Positions 36,456-47,074 are shown, counted from the first letter of the whole stretch. The stretch is 59,245 nucleotides of DNA, filler included, from 6 parts of 6 records of this genome joined end to end with filler, not necessarily neighbours in it, one strand, 5' to 3'. A program made the numbers and translations. Notes: generated by a model not told the origin, from the sequence alone.

Positions 36456-37896
36456 AGCGGCGCAAGGGAGCGGACGTCATCGCGGACGTCCTCATTCAGG
36501 AAGAGGTGCCCTATGTCTTCGGCATCTGCGGGCATGGCAACGTCGGGATGATCGACGCGCTGCACGAGCGGCAGGACAAGATCAAGTTCATCTCGCCCCG
36601 GCACGAACAGACCGCCGGGCACATGGCCGACGCCTATTACCGCGTCGCGCACAAGCCGGTGGCGACGCTGACCTCTTGCGGGCCGGGCTCTGCCAACATG
36701 CCGATGTCGCTGGCCTGCGCGCAGGCGGACAGTTCCGCCTTTCTGGCGATCACCGCCAACGTGCCGACCTCGCAGTTCAACCGCGCGCCGTTTCAGGAAA
36801 GCTACCAGCACTTTCAGGCGGATTTCCCCTCTGTCGTGCGGCCCTATGTGAAACGCAGCTTCCAGCCCTCGCGGGTGGACATGCTGCCCACCGCGATGCG
36901 TCAGGCGATGCACATGATGACCTCGGGCCGGCCCGGTCCGGTTCATCTGGACGTGCCCTACAACGTCTTCCAGGAAGAGGACATGGTCGAGCTGCCCGCG
37001 CCGCGGTCGCTGAAGCCGATCAACCGCATCGGTGCCGCGCCCGAGGATATCGCCCGATCCGCCGAGATGCTGCTGGCGGCAGAGCGCCCGCTGCTGTTCA
37101 TCGGCCACGGGGTCACCCTGTCCGAGGCCGGCGCCGAACTGACGGAACTGGTGGACCGGCTGGGCATCGCGGTGGCCATGTCCCCGAACGGCATGGGCAC
37201 GCTGGACATGCACCATCCGCTCAGCCTTGGGTTCATCGGGCGCAACGGCACCCATGCCGCCAATCAGGCGGGCCGGCGGTGCGACGTGCTGCTGACGCTC
37301 GGGGCGCGGTTCGACGACCGCTCGGCCAGTTCGTGGAAACAGGGCTACAGCTGGAACATCCCGCCCAGCCGGCTGATCCACGTCGACATCGACGTGAACG
37401 AGATCGGGCGCAATTACGACCCCGCGCTGGGGGTTTGCGCCGACATCCGGACCTATCTGCGCCAGCTTCTGGCAGAGATCGAGCGGCGCGGCGGTGCGGC
37501 AGAGGCCCGTGCCAAGGGTGAGCCGTGGCGCCGCAAGATCGCCGGATGGAAAGCCGAGTGGGAGGCGCACATAGCGCCCGCCTTCGCCGCCGACACCGCC
37601 CCCATGCGCCCCGAACGCGTCGTGCGCGAGGTTCAGGGCGTGCTGCCGGACGATGCCATCCTGGTCTGTGACAGCGGCGTGCACCACAATTGGTTCATGC
37701 AGTACTGGCAGGCGCGGCGTCCCCAGCAGATGCTGAACACCTGGGGCTTCTCGGCCATGGGCTTTGGCGTCAGCGGCGCGCTGGGGGCGAAACTCGCCCG
37801 GCCGAACAGCCCGGTCGTGGCCGTGGTGGGCGACGGTGGCTTCACCATGACCCCGCATGTGCTGTGCACCGCGGTGGAATACGACATCCCCGTGGT
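36452..37896 (+). CDS. Thiamine-diphosphate enzyme (acetolactate synthase/IolD-like), 3' part missing
   Basis: FGICGHGNVG, RHEQ.AGHMADAY, CGPG, GRPGPVHLD and GDGGF. Confidence 0.9.
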
Positions 37897-37996
37897 NNNN
37901 NNNNNNNNNNNNNNNNNNNNNNNNNNNNNNNNNNNNNNNNTTAATTAATTAANNNNNNNNNNNNNNNNNNNNNNNNNNNNNNNNNNNNNNNNNNNN
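37897..37996. other. Artificial contig linker
   Basis: N44-TTAATTAATTAA-N44. Confidence 0.99.
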
Positions 37997-39119
37997 CGAC
38001 CGCAAGCTGCCCGACAAGGCCATCGATGTCATCGACGAGGCAGGCGCCGCCCAGCACCTGCTGGCAGAATCAAAGCGCCGCAAAACCATTGGCACCAAAG
38101 AAATCGAGGCGGTGATCGCGAAAATTGCGCGCATTCCCCCAAAGAATGTCTCGAAAGACGATGCCGAGGTGCTGAAAGACCTGGAAAAAACCCTCAAACG
38201 CGTGGTTTTCGGCCAAGACCCCGCCATCGAGGCGCTATCAAGCGCCATCAAACTGGCGCGTGCCGGCCTGCGCGAGCCGGAAAAACCCATCGGCAATTAC
38301 CTCTTTGCTGGCCCCACCGGCGTGGGCAAAACCGAGGTGGCAAAACAGCTGGCCGATACGCTGGGCGTGGAATTGCTGCGCTTTGATATGTCGGAATATA
38401 TGGAAAAACACGCCGTATCACGCCTGATCGGCGCGCCCCCCGGCTATGTCGGCTTTGATCAGGGCGGCATGCTGACGGATGGGGTAGACCAACACCCGCA
38501 TTGCGTGCTGCTGTTGGACGAAATCGAGAAAGCCCACCCCGATGTGTTCAACATTTTGCTGCAAGTGATGGATCATGGCACATTGACCGATCACAACGGC
38601 CGCAAGGTGGATTTCCGCAATGTCATTTTGATCATGACATCAAACGCCGGCGCCGCCGATATGCAAAAAGCCGCCATCGGCTTTGGCCGTGATCGCCGCG
38701 AGGGCGAAGACACAGCCGCAATTGAACGCACCTTCACCCCCGAGTTCCGCAATCGCCTGGATGCCACAATCTCGTTCCAGCCGCTGCCGAAAGAGGTGAT
38801 TTTGCAGGTGGTCGAAAAGTTTGTTCTGCAACTGGAAGCCCAGCTGATGGACCGCAACGTGCAGATCGAGCTAACCCGCCCAGCCGCGGAATGGCTTGGC
38901 GACAAGGGCTATGACGATAAAATGGGCGCCCGCCCCTTGGGCCGGGTGATCCAAGAGCACATCAAAAAACCCCTGGCCGAGGAATTGCTGTTTGGCAAAT
39001 TGGCCAAGGGCGGTGTGGTGCGGGTGGCTGTAAAGAACGGCCAGATCGATCTGCAAATCGCAGGCCCCGATCGCCCGCAGCTGTCAGGCTCGAAACCGCC
39101 GCTTTTGACGGCCGAGTGA
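37997..39119 (+). CDS. clpA: ATP-dependent Clp protease ATPase subunit (5' part missing)
   Basis: DRKLPDKAIDVIDEAGA, GPTGVGKTE, RFDMSEYMEKH and MGARPL; no ClpB middle domain. Confidence 0.97.
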
Positions 39120-40111
39120 GGCTGGGCACCCACCCAAGGCGCCGGGCCCTGGCCCTTGGGCTGGCGGGTCTGGGCCTGTTGTGCGGCCATAGCGCGGCGG
39201 CAAACCCGCCGCGCCTGGGCCTGCCTGTATCGTGCAGCTTGGGCGATACCTGCTATATCCAACAATTTGTCGATCACGCCGCGGGCCCCGATGCCCGCGA
39301 TTATACCTGCGGCGCGCTCAGCTATGATGGGCATAAGGGCACCGATTTTGGCCTGCCCAATCTGCGCCACATGGCGGCAGGTGTAGATGTGCTGGCCGCA
39401 GCCCCGGGCCGGGTGGCGGGCACCCGTGATGGCGTGCCCGATACCGGCTGGGCGCCCGCGCTGGCGGGGCGCGAATGCGGCAATGGTGTGGTGATCCGGC
39501 ATGCCGACGGTTGGGAGACGCAATATTGCCATATGAAACAAGGCAGTATCACCGTGCAAAGCGGCCAAATCGTGCCAGCCGGCGCAGTTTTGGGGCAGGT
39601 GGGTTTTTCCGGGCGCACAGAATTTCCGCATTTGCACCTTTCGGTGCGCCACAACGGCCAGGTGATCGACCCGTTTGATGCCGATGGCCAGATCAGCTGC
39701 ACCGGCGAGGGGCGCACCAGCCTGTGGGCCGTGCCCCTGCCCTACCAGCCCGGCGGGTTGTTGGCGGCGGGCTTTGCCGATCATGTGCCAGGGTTCGATG
39801 CGGTCAAGGCCGGCACAGCCAGCCCCACAGAAAACCGGCTGCCCCGCCAGCCAAAGGCGTTGGTATTTTGGGCCCATGGCTTTGGCGCCAAGCCCGGCGA
39901 TCAGTTAGATATTGCCATAACCGCGCCCGATGGCAGCAGCTTTTTTGAAACCCGCGTCACGCTGGAAAAAACCCAAGCGCAATATTTTCGTGCCGCCGGG
40001 CGCCGGGTGTCTGCGCCGCTGATGCCGGGGCGCTATATGGGGCGCGCAACCTTGCTGCGCGCAGGCGAAACCCTGGGCCAAACCCAAGGCCAGATCACTA
40101 TTGATAATTAG
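39116..40111 (+). CDS. M23-family metallopeptidase
   Basis: Signal peptide, H.GTD, CGNGVVI.H, YCH and HLH motifs. Confidence 0.9.
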   Translation: MRLGTHPRRRALALGLAGLGLLCGHSAAANPPRLGLPVSCSLGDTCYIQQFVDHAAGPDARDYTCGALSYDGHKGTDFGLPNLRHMAAGVDVLAAAPGRVAGTRDGVPDTGWAPALAGRECGNGVVIRHADGWETQYCHMKQGSITVQSGQIVPAGAVLGQVGFSGRTEFPHLHLSVRHNGQVIDPFDADGQISCTGEGRTSLWAVPLPYQPGGLLAAGFADHVPGFDAVKAGTASPTENRLPRQPKALVFWAHGFGAKPGDQLDIAITAPDGSSFFETRVTLEKTQAQYFRAAGRRVSAPLMPGRYMGRATLLRAGETLGQTQGQITIDN

Positions 40112-40114
40112 CGC

Positions 40115-42025
40115 TTAGCGTTCGGTCAGTTTCAGTTCGATCCGGCGGTTTTGCGCCCGCGCTTCCGGGGTGTTTTCCGGGTTCACCGGCTGAAATTCAC
40201 CAAACCCATTCGCCGCCAGCCGGTTGGGCGGGATGCCCAAATTGGTGATCATGTGGCGCACCACCGACAAAGCCCGCGCTTGGCTGAGCTCCCAGTTATC
40301 CGCAAAATCGCCCTCGCCCGACAGCGGCACGTTGTCGGTGTGCCCATCCACGCGGATGATCCAATCTAGCCCATCTGGAATTTCGCCCGCGACATTGCGC
40401 AAAATGGCCGCCACTTTGGCCACCTCGCCCATGCCCGCGGCGCTAAGTTCAGCATCGCCAGGGGGGAACAGCACCTCGGAGGAAAATACAAATCGGTCGC
40501 CCTCGATGCGCACGCCATCTTGGCCGCCCAAAATATCGCGCAAGCGGCCGAAAAATTCGCTGCGATATTTTTCCAGATCGCGTTTTTCCGCCTCAAGGCG
40601 CTGGCGTTCGGCCTCTTTTTCAGCCTCAAGGCGCTGGCGTTCAGCCTCTTTTTCCAGCTCAAGGCGCTGGCGCTCGGCCTCTTCCAGCAGGCGGCGGCGG
40701 CGTTCTTCTGCAGCGGCACGCGCCAAAGCTGCGTTCAAATCCGAGCCTAAGGTTTGCAGCTGCACCTTATCTGCCGCAGCGCGATCTTTGTAATCATCCA
40801 GCAATGCCTGCAGCGCGCCCAATTGCGTGCGCAGCGCCGCCACTTGCTGGTTCAGCAGCGCTTGCTGGCGTTGGGCCTGGGTGCTTTGCGCCTCGGCGCC
40901 TTGCAGGGCTTTGTTGGCCTCGGCCAGCAAGATCTGGCGCTGCTCGGCCTCGGTTAGGGCAGTTTCTGCACGCCCTTCTGCGGCCAGTTTCGCGGCCAAG
41001 GCCTGTGCCAATTGGGCACGCAGCGCCTGCGCATCGGCGGCCAATTCCGCCTCGCTTGCGTTCAATGTTTGGTTTTCGGCCAAGGCCGCGGCCAAATCTT
41101 TGGCCAGATCATCTTCGGCGGCGCGGGCCGCGGCCAGCAATGTCAGCGTATCTTCGGCCTTTTTGCGCTGCGCCTCTAGGGCCATGGTCATGGCGGTCAG
41201 TTCAGCATCGGCATTTTCCAGGCGTTTGCGCAGGGCCTGGGCCGCTGCCGCCTCGGCCAGGCGGGCCATTTCCGCATCAGACAGCTGGGCATCCAGCTGC
41301 GCCACCTTTCCCTGCAAATCGCCCAAATTGTTGCGCGTGGTGTCAAGATCGCTTTGCAAACTGGCAATCAAGGCCTGCAGCTGCTCTTCACGCGTTTGCG
41401 CCTGGGCCGCGGCATCGCCTGCTTGCTGGCGCAAATCGGCGATCAGCGCCTCTAGCGCCTCGCGGCGCGCGGCTGCCAGGCGGGCAGCCTCGGCGCCGGC
41501 ATCCAATTCTGCGCGGGCGCTGGCCAAGGCGGCATTCAACGCCTCTTGCTGCGACAACAGCGCGGTTTTCTCGCCCTCTAGCGTGGCCACATTGGCCAGG
41601 GCATCATCGCGCGCGGCCAGCAAACTGGCCACTTGCGCCTCGAAACTGGTGATCTGGCCTTGGGCGGCTTGCAATTCGGCCTGGCGCGCGCCCAGATCTG
41701 CCTGCAGCGCGGCAATCAGGGCCTGCTGCGCCTGCGCCTCGGTGCGGGCTTGGGCCAGGGTGGCATCCAGCTCGCCCACCTGGGTAGACAGCGCCGCGCT
41801 GCGCCGCTGTTCCAGCCCCAGCGCCTGCGCCAAGGCCGCAATTTCTGATGACAGGCTGTCAAGCCGCTTGTCCTGGCCAGAAATGGTTTCGCGCAGCACG
41901 TATTGCATGACCATAAAGATCGTCAGCACGAAAACCAGCACCATCAACAGCCCGGTCACGGCATCCACAAACCCCGGCCAAATAGAGCCTTGCAGCCTTT
42001 GCCCAGTGCGGCGGGACAGCGCCAT
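40115..42025 (-). CDS. MotB/OmpA-family peptidoglycan-binding protein with very long coiled coil
   Basis: N-terminal WPGFVD + one TM, about 430 aa Ala/Gln/Glu/Leu coiled coil, C-terminal GHTD...NWELSQARA...NRRIE. Confidence 0.9.
   Translation of the reverse strand: MALSRRTGQRLQGSIWPGFVDAVTGLLMVLVFVLTIFMVMQYVLRETISGQDKRLDSLSSEIAALAQALGLEQRRSAALSTQVGELDATLAQARTEAQAQQALIAALQADLGARQAELQAAQGQITSFEAQVASLLAARDDALANVATLEGEKTALLSQQEALNAALASARAELDAGAEAARLAAARREALEALIADLRQQAGDAAAQAQTREEQLQALIASLQSDLDTTRNNLGDLQGKVAQLDAQLSDAEMARLAEAAAAQALRKRLENADAELTAMTMALEAQRKKAEDTLTLLAAARAAEDDLAKDLAAALAENQTLNASEAELAADAQALRAQLAQALAAKLAAEGRAETALTEAEQRQILLAEANKALQGAEAQSTQAQRQQALLNQQVAALRTQLGALQALLDDYKDRAAADKVQLQTLGSDLNAALARAAAEERRRRLLEEAERQRLELEKEAERQRLEAEKEAERQRLEAEKRDLEKYRSEFFGRLRDILGGQDGVRIEGDRFVFSSEVLFPPGDAELSAAGMGEVAKVAAILRNVAGEIPDGLDWIIRVDGHTDNVPLSGEGDFADNWELSQARALSVVRHMITNLGIPPNRLAANGFGEFQPVNPENTPEARAQNRRIELKLTER
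40583..40681. repeat. 33-bp tandem repeat x3 (EAERQRLE[A/L]EK) within the MotB-like gene
   Basis: Near-identical units at 40583-40615, 40616-40648 and 40649-40681. Confidence 0.9.
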
Positions 42026-42027
42026 GC

Positions 42028-43248
42028 CTAGCCCTCGCTGCCGGTGTCGTTAGGGTCGGTTTTCTGGATGGGCGCCCCAAAATGCAGCCGCACTGGCGTG
42101 GCCTTGCCCCGCCCTGCCACGGCCTGGGTCAGCGCGTTTAATTCTTGGCGCAGCTGTTCTACGCTTTCTTGGCGGCCTGCGCTGATTTCTTCCAAAATTC
42201 GCAGCAATTGCACATCGATCGAGCGCAGGCGCATGCGGCTTTCGGCATCTATTCCATCGCCCTGGCCCTGCGCGCCCACGGCCTGTGCCAAATCTGCCTG
42301 CGCCTCGGCCAGGCGGCTGATTGCATCGTGCACTGCGCCCGATCCTGCCAGCCGGTCGGTCAGCCGTTCAACCGATACCGCCAAAGACGACAGTTGCCGT
42401 TCCAGCGCTTGGCGGCCATGCTCGCCCTCGGCGTGCAGCTGTTGCAAGCCCTGCATTTGCCCTGACATACGATCCATCAGCTGGATCATCACCGCCTGAT
42501 CGCCGTTATCGCCCTCGTGGCCAGAAAACCCCAGCCGCGTGATCGAGCTGAGCCATTCCTCCAGCTCGCGGTAAAAGCGGTTTTGCCCATGGCCTGCAAA
42601 AAGCTCGAGCAGCCCCACCACCAGCGAGCCTGCCAAGCCCAGCAAAGACGAGCCAAACGCCACCCCCATGCCAGACAGCTGCGCATCAAGCCCGCTCATC
42701 AGCCGGCCAAACACCGCCACGCCTTCTTCGCCCTCTTGCGGGGCCAGGCCGCGGATGGTGTCAACCAAGGCGGGCACAGTGGTGGCCAGCCCATAGAATG
42801 TCCCCAAAAGACCTAAGAAAATCAGCAAGTTGACGATATAGCGCGTGATCTCGCGATCTTCGTCGATACGGGTTGAAACCGAATCCAGGATCGAGCGGGT
42901 GCTGGTGGCGGCAATCTGCATCTGCGCCGCGCGCGAGCGCAGCAAAGTGGCCAAAGGCGCCAACAGCACAGGCGCGCGCCCTACGCTGCCACCATCGCGG
43001 GCAAAGCCCACGATCCACCGCACCGAGGTTAATAATTGCGCCACCTGCCAAAAACAGGCCAACACCCCCAAGATGAACACAAACAGGATAAACCCGTTCA
43101 AATAGGGGTTTGCGTCAAAAATTGGCATGACGGTGGGCAGCGCCATCATCACAACCACGCCGGTCAATGCCAGCACCATCACCATCAGAACAATCTGACG
43201 GATAGGCAGGGTGAAATGTGGCTCGGCCTCGCGGTCCGGCTGATCCAT
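42028..43248 (-). CDS. MotA/TolQ/ExbB-family membrane protein with C-terminal helical tail
   Basis: LLIFLGLLGTFYGL and GMGVAFGSSLLGL channel helices; 2 nt upstream of the MotB-like gene. Confidence 0.85.
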   Translation of the reverse strand: MDQPDREAEPHFTLPIRQIVLMVMVLALTGVVVMMALPTVMPIFDANPYLNGFILFVFILGVLACFWQVAQLLTSVRWIVGFARDGGSVGRAPVLLAPLATLLRSRAAQMQIAATSTRSILDSVSTRIDEDREITRYIVNLLIFLGLLGTFYGLATTVPALVDTIRGLAPQEGEEGVAVFGRLMSGLDAQLSGMGVAFGSSLLGLAGSLVVGLLELFAGHGQNRFYRELEEWLSSITRLGFSGHEGDNGDQAVMIQLMDRMSGQMQGLQQLHAEGEHGRQALERQLSSLAVSVERLTDRLAGSGAVHDAISRLAEAQADLAQAVGAQGQGDGIDAESRMRLRSIDVQLLRILEEISAGRQESVEQLRQELNALTQAVAGRGKATPVRLHFGAPIQKTDPNDTGSEG

Positions 43249-43315
43249 AAGGTCAGTTCCTGACACTATTTTCCTTTCCCGCAGCTTACGCATTGGCCCT
43301 GCTTAAGCCAAGGTC

Positions 43316-43846
43316 TTATCCGCATAGGTTGCGCACCTGCTGGTCTAGCCAGGCCAAATCAGGATCGTGAATGCCCAACTGCTGCAAATGGGCAACGGTA
43401 TTGTGCAAATATTCCGCATTGGGCCCCCGCCCGCCGGTGGCGTTGGCGATGATCTGGGCTTGCTCGGCCAGGGGCAGGCCACCGCAATATTGCGCGTGCC
43501 GCGGGTCGATCACATAGCACACCGCCTGCACCTGCCGCCCATCGTGCAACTGCACCGGCAAGATCTGTTCCAGATAGGCCGAAGACACCAATTCGCGGTC
43601 GCGCAGATAGGCCATCACCTGCGCCTCTTCGCCCGCACGCACCTGAAAGGCCACGCCCGTGCACAGCGCATCTGTGGCGGCATCTAGCGCCAGCACCAGC
43701 CCCGGGGCCTGCGGCGTGCCACGATGGTGGATCGAGCGCATGCAAAACGATCTGTGCCACCCTTCCAGCCGGGCCACCACCTGCGCCTGCGGCTGAAAGC
43801 CGGGGTTCCACAGCAAAGATCCATATCCAAATACCCAAAGTGTCAT
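43316..43846 (-). CDS. chaC: Glutathione-specific gamma-glutamylcyclotransferase
   Basis: WVFGYGSLLWNPGF, HRGTP..PGLVLAL, RE and G.GPNAEY. Confidence 0.93.
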   Translation of the reverse strand: MTLWVFGYGSLLWNPGFQPQAQVVARLEGWHRSFCMRSIHHRGTPQAPGLVLALDAATDALCTGVAFQVRAGEEAQVMAYLRDRELVSSAYLEQILPVQLHDGRQVQAVCYVIDPRHAQYCGGLPLAEQAQIIANATGGRGPNAEYLHNTVAHLQQLGIHDPDLAWLDQQVRNLCG

Positions 43847-43910
43847 AGTGCTGGCCCTAGTGCTTTGACCCCTGTAAACACTGCCTGCAACCGAATGGAA
43901 AGTGCCCATC

Positions 43911-44915
43911 ATGAAACGCCTGCTTGCCATTGTCTTGATCGCCGCCAGCCTTTGGGCGGGGTATTGGTTTATGGGGGCAAACGGGCTGAAACGCGGGCTA
44001 GAGGCCTGGCTGCAAGAGCGCCGCGCAGCCGGGTGGCAGGCCGATGTGGCAGATCTGAGTGTGGTGGGCTTTCCAAACCGTTTCGACACCACCTTTAACG
44101 AATTTGTCCTGGCCGACCCTGACAGCGGCTGGGCATGGCAGGCGCCCTTTTTCCAATTGCTGGCGCTCAGCTATCAACCCAACCATGTGATCGCGGTTTG
44201 GCCAAACAGCCAAACCCTGGCCACGCCTTTGCAAAAGTTTCAGATCAGCAGCGCCAGCATGCAAGCCAGCTTGCGCTTGGGCAGCAGCACCGATCTGCCG
44301 CTCGAGCGGGCCAATCTGGTGGCCGATACGCTGCTGATCACCGACGAGGCGGGCCAAAGCACCGCCATGACCGCGCTGCGCATGGCGGTCGAGCGGGTTG
44401 CGGGCCATGACGCCCGCTATCATTTCGGCCTTGCCGCCGAAGATCTAGAGCCTGCGAAAACCGCCCGCTTGGCGCTGGATATGGGCGGCAACCTGCCCCC
44501 CCGTTTCAGCAATTTTCGCGCCGATATCACCGCCGAATTCAGCCAAAGATGGGACCGCGCCGCATTGGAATCGCGCCGCCCCCAGCCAGTGATGATTGAT
44601 ATCGCCGCAATCAATGCGCAATGGGGCCAAATGGAATTAGCCGTGGCCGGCAAATTGCAAATCGATGCAGCCGGCGTGCCCACGGGCCAAGTGGTGATCA
44701 AGGCCCGCAATTGGCGCGATATTCTGGCCATGGCCGTGGCCAGCGGCGCGGTGCCACAGGCGCTGGCCCGCCAGGCCGAACAGGGGCTGCAGATGCTGGC
44801 GCAGATGTCGGGCGACCCAAACACCCTGGATCTGCCCATCGATTTTCGTGCCGGGCTGATGATGGTGGGTGGGGTGCTGCCCCTGGGGCCCGCGCCGAAA
44901 ATACAGCTGCGCTAG
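43911..44915 (+). CDS. DUF2125-family exported protein
   Basis: N-terminal TM, W..YW and GFPNRFD; divergent from chaC as commonly seen in alphaproteobacteria. Confidence 0.8.
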   Translation: MKRLLAIVLIAASLWAGYWFMGANGLKRGLEAWLQERRAAGWQADVADLSVVGFPNRFDTTFNEFVLADPDSGWAWQAPFFQLLALSYQPNHVIAVWPNSQTLATPLQKFQISSASMQASLRLGSSTDLPLERANLVADTLLITDEAGQSTAMTALRMAVERVAGHDARYHFGLAAEDLEPAKTARLALDMGGNLPPRFSNFRADITAEFSQRWDRAALESRRPQPVMIDIAAINAQWGQMELAVAGKLQIDAAGVPTGQVVIKARNWRDILAMAVASGAVPQALARQAEQGLQMLAQMSGDPNTLDLPIDFRAGLMMVGGVLPLGPAPKIQLR

Positions 44916-44921
44916 GCGGCT

Positions 44922-45842
44922 TTAGCCATCTTTCTTGGTGCGGCCAAAATCGGGGGCATCGGTATCTTGGCCGGCCTCGATGATACCACGGCGAATGGCA
45001 CGGGTGCGCGTGAAATAATCAAACAGCAAGGCGCCATCGCCTTGGCGAATGGCACGTTGCAGCGCAAACAGCTCTTCGGTGAAGCGCCCCAAAATTTCCA
45101 ACGTGGCGTCTTTGTTGGTTAAAAACACATCGCGCCACATCGTGGGGTCCGAGGCGGCAATGCGGGTAAAATCGCGAAAGCCTGCGGCAGAATATTTGAT
45201 CACTTCGCTATCTGTCACGCGGCGCAAATCATCGGCCACGCCCACCATTGTATAGGCAATCAGGTGGGGGGTGTGGCTGGTTACGGCCAGCACCAGATCG
45301 TGGTGATCGGCATCCATCTGATCCACATTGGCGCCCATGCCCTGCCACAGGGCCTGCAGCTGCGCCACGGCCTGGGGGCTGGCGCCCTCGGCTGGCACAA
45401 TCAGGCACCAGCGGTTGTCAAACAGGGTGGCAAAGCCCGATTCAGGGCCAGAATGCTCGGTTCCGGCCAGGGGGTGGGCCGGGACGAAATGCACATTTGC
45501 GGGCATATGCGGCTGCACCGCGTCGATCACCGCGCGCTTGACCGAGCCCACATCGCTGACCGTGGCGCCAGGTTTGAGATGCGGGGCTATTTCCTGGGCC
45601 ACAGCGCCCATCGCGCCCACTGGCACGCAAAGCACCACCAGATCTGCATCTTTCACCGCCTCAACGGCGGTGTCGCACACCCGGTCTACCAGGTTGATAC
45701 GGCGCGCCGTGTCGCGGGTGGCTGCGGTGCGGGCATAGCCTGTTACCTCGGCCGCCAGGCCCCGGCGGCGCATGGCCAGCGCCATAGAGCCCGCAATCAG
45801 CCCCAGCCCGATCAGCGCGACGCGGTTGTAAATCACGCTCAT
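44922..45842 (-). CDS. tyrA: Prephenate/arogenate (cyclohexadienyl) dehydrogenase
   Basis: [29 protein letters not shown] and [13 protein letters not shown]; coupled to hisC. Confidence 0.95.
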   Translation of the reverse strand: MSVIYNRVALIGLGLIAGSMALAMRRRGLAAEVTGYARTAATRDTARRINLVDRVCDTAVEAVKDADLVVLCVPVGAMGAVAQEIAPHLKPGATVSDVGSVKRAVIDAVQPHMPANVHFVPAHPLAGTEHSGPESGFATLFDNRWCLIVPAEGASPQAVAQLQALWQGMGANVDQMDADHHDLVLAVTSHTPHLIAYTMVGVADDLRRVTDSEVIKYSAAGFRDFTRIAASDPTMWRDVFLTNKDATLEILGRFTEELFALQRAIRQGDGALLFDYFTRTRAIRRGIIEAGQDTDAPDFGRTKKDG

Positions 45843-46924
45843 GCCTGGCCCGCCAGAAACTGACCAATGCGATGGGCCACACGGCGGCAGGCGGCCTCGT
45901 CGCCCACGGTGATGCGCAGGGCGTTTGGCAGCTGATAGCCCGCCACAGCCCGCACGATGATGCCATCAGCGCGCAAAGCCGCATCGCAGGCCTTGGCGGT
46001 ATCTACATCTGCAAAACGGGCCAGCACGAAATTGGCATGGCTTTCATCGCATTGCAGCCCGTGGCCCAGCAGCGCCTCGCGCAGCCAGTGCCGCCACTTG
46101 GCATTTTCGGCCTGGCAGCGGGCGGTAAAATCGGTGTCACGCACTGCGGCCTCGGCTGCGGCCATTTGCGGCTCGGACAGGTTAAAGGGCTGGCGCAGGC
46201 GGTTGAGCACATCAATCACCGGGCGCGCGGCATAGCCCCAACCAATGCGCAAGCCACCCAAGCCGTAAATCTTTGAAAAGGTGCGCGTCATGATCACATT
46301 GGCAAACTGATCGGTCAGTGCCGCGCCGCCATCGAACCCATCGACAAATTCGGTATAGGCCCCATCATGCACCAACACCACATTTTCAGGCAGGCCAGAG
46401 GCCAGGCGCAATACCTCGTCTTGTTCCAGATAGGTGCCGGTGGGGTTGGCCGGGTTGGCCACAAACACGATACGCGTGCGCGGCGTGACCGCGGCCAAAA
46501 TGGCATCAACATCGATCTTGCGATCCTTTTCGGGCACTTCCACCGGGGTTGCCCCCACAGCACGCGCCAGAATGGGATACATGGAAAACCCATGCTGGGT
46601 GGTGATCACCTCGTCGCCCGGGCCGGCATAGGCCTGCGCCACAAATTGCAACACCTCATCCGAGCCCACACCGCAGATGATGCGCCCGGCATCCAGGCCA
46701 TGCACCTCGGCGATGGCCCCGCGCAGGGCGCTGTGATCGGTGTTTGGATAGCGGTGCAGGCTGTGGGCTGCGCGCACAAAGGCCTCGCGGGCTTTGTCGC
46801 TGCATCCTGCCGGGTTCTCATTGGCTGACAGTTTCAATACGTCAGTGCGGCCCGCCAAAGTGCTTTCGCCGCTGACATAAAGCGCGATGTCCATAATTCC
46901 GGGCTGCGGCACAAGTTTCGTCAT
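45839..46924 (-). CDS. hisC: Histidinol-phosphate aminotransferase
   Basis: [22 protein letters not shown] and [15 protein letters not shown]. Confidence 0.95.
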   Translation of the reverse strand: MTKLVPQPGIMDIALYVSGESTLAGRTDVLKLSANENPAGCSDKAREAFVRAAHSLHRYPNTDHSALRGAIAEVHGLDAGRIICGVGSDEVLQFVAQAYAGPGDEVITTQHGFSMYPILARAVGATPVEVPEKDRKIDVDAILAAVTPRTRIVFVANPANPTGTYLEQDEVLRLASGLPENVVLVHDGAYTEFVDGFDGGAALTDQFANVIMTRTFSKIYGLGGLRIGWGYAARPVIDVLNRLRQPFNLSEPQMAAAEAAVRDTDFTARCQAENAKWRHWLREALLGHGLQCDESHANFVLARFADVDTAKACDAALRADGIIVRAVAGYQLPNALRITVGDEAACRRVAHRIGQFLAGQA

Positions 46925-47074
46925 GATGGTCTCCTCAACCCCCCTATTAGCGGCGGGTTTTCAGATAGGAAAGATCATTCCGCGCGTGATAAAATAGCGC
47001 ATCATCCGCGGTGCAGAATGGCCACGCGCAAAGCGCGCGCGCGGGCACAGGGCAGGGACAGGGCCAGATCAAAG

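Noticed and set aside
36452..37896. Sulfoacetaldehyde acetyltransferase Xsc
   Set aside because: It lacks the Xsc-type FGIIGSA N-terminal motif, and no pta is visible.
40115..43248. Complete Zorya anti-phage system or flagellar stator
   Set aside because: There are no zorC/D/E or flagellar genes, and the context is housekeeping. Kept only as an architectural analogy.
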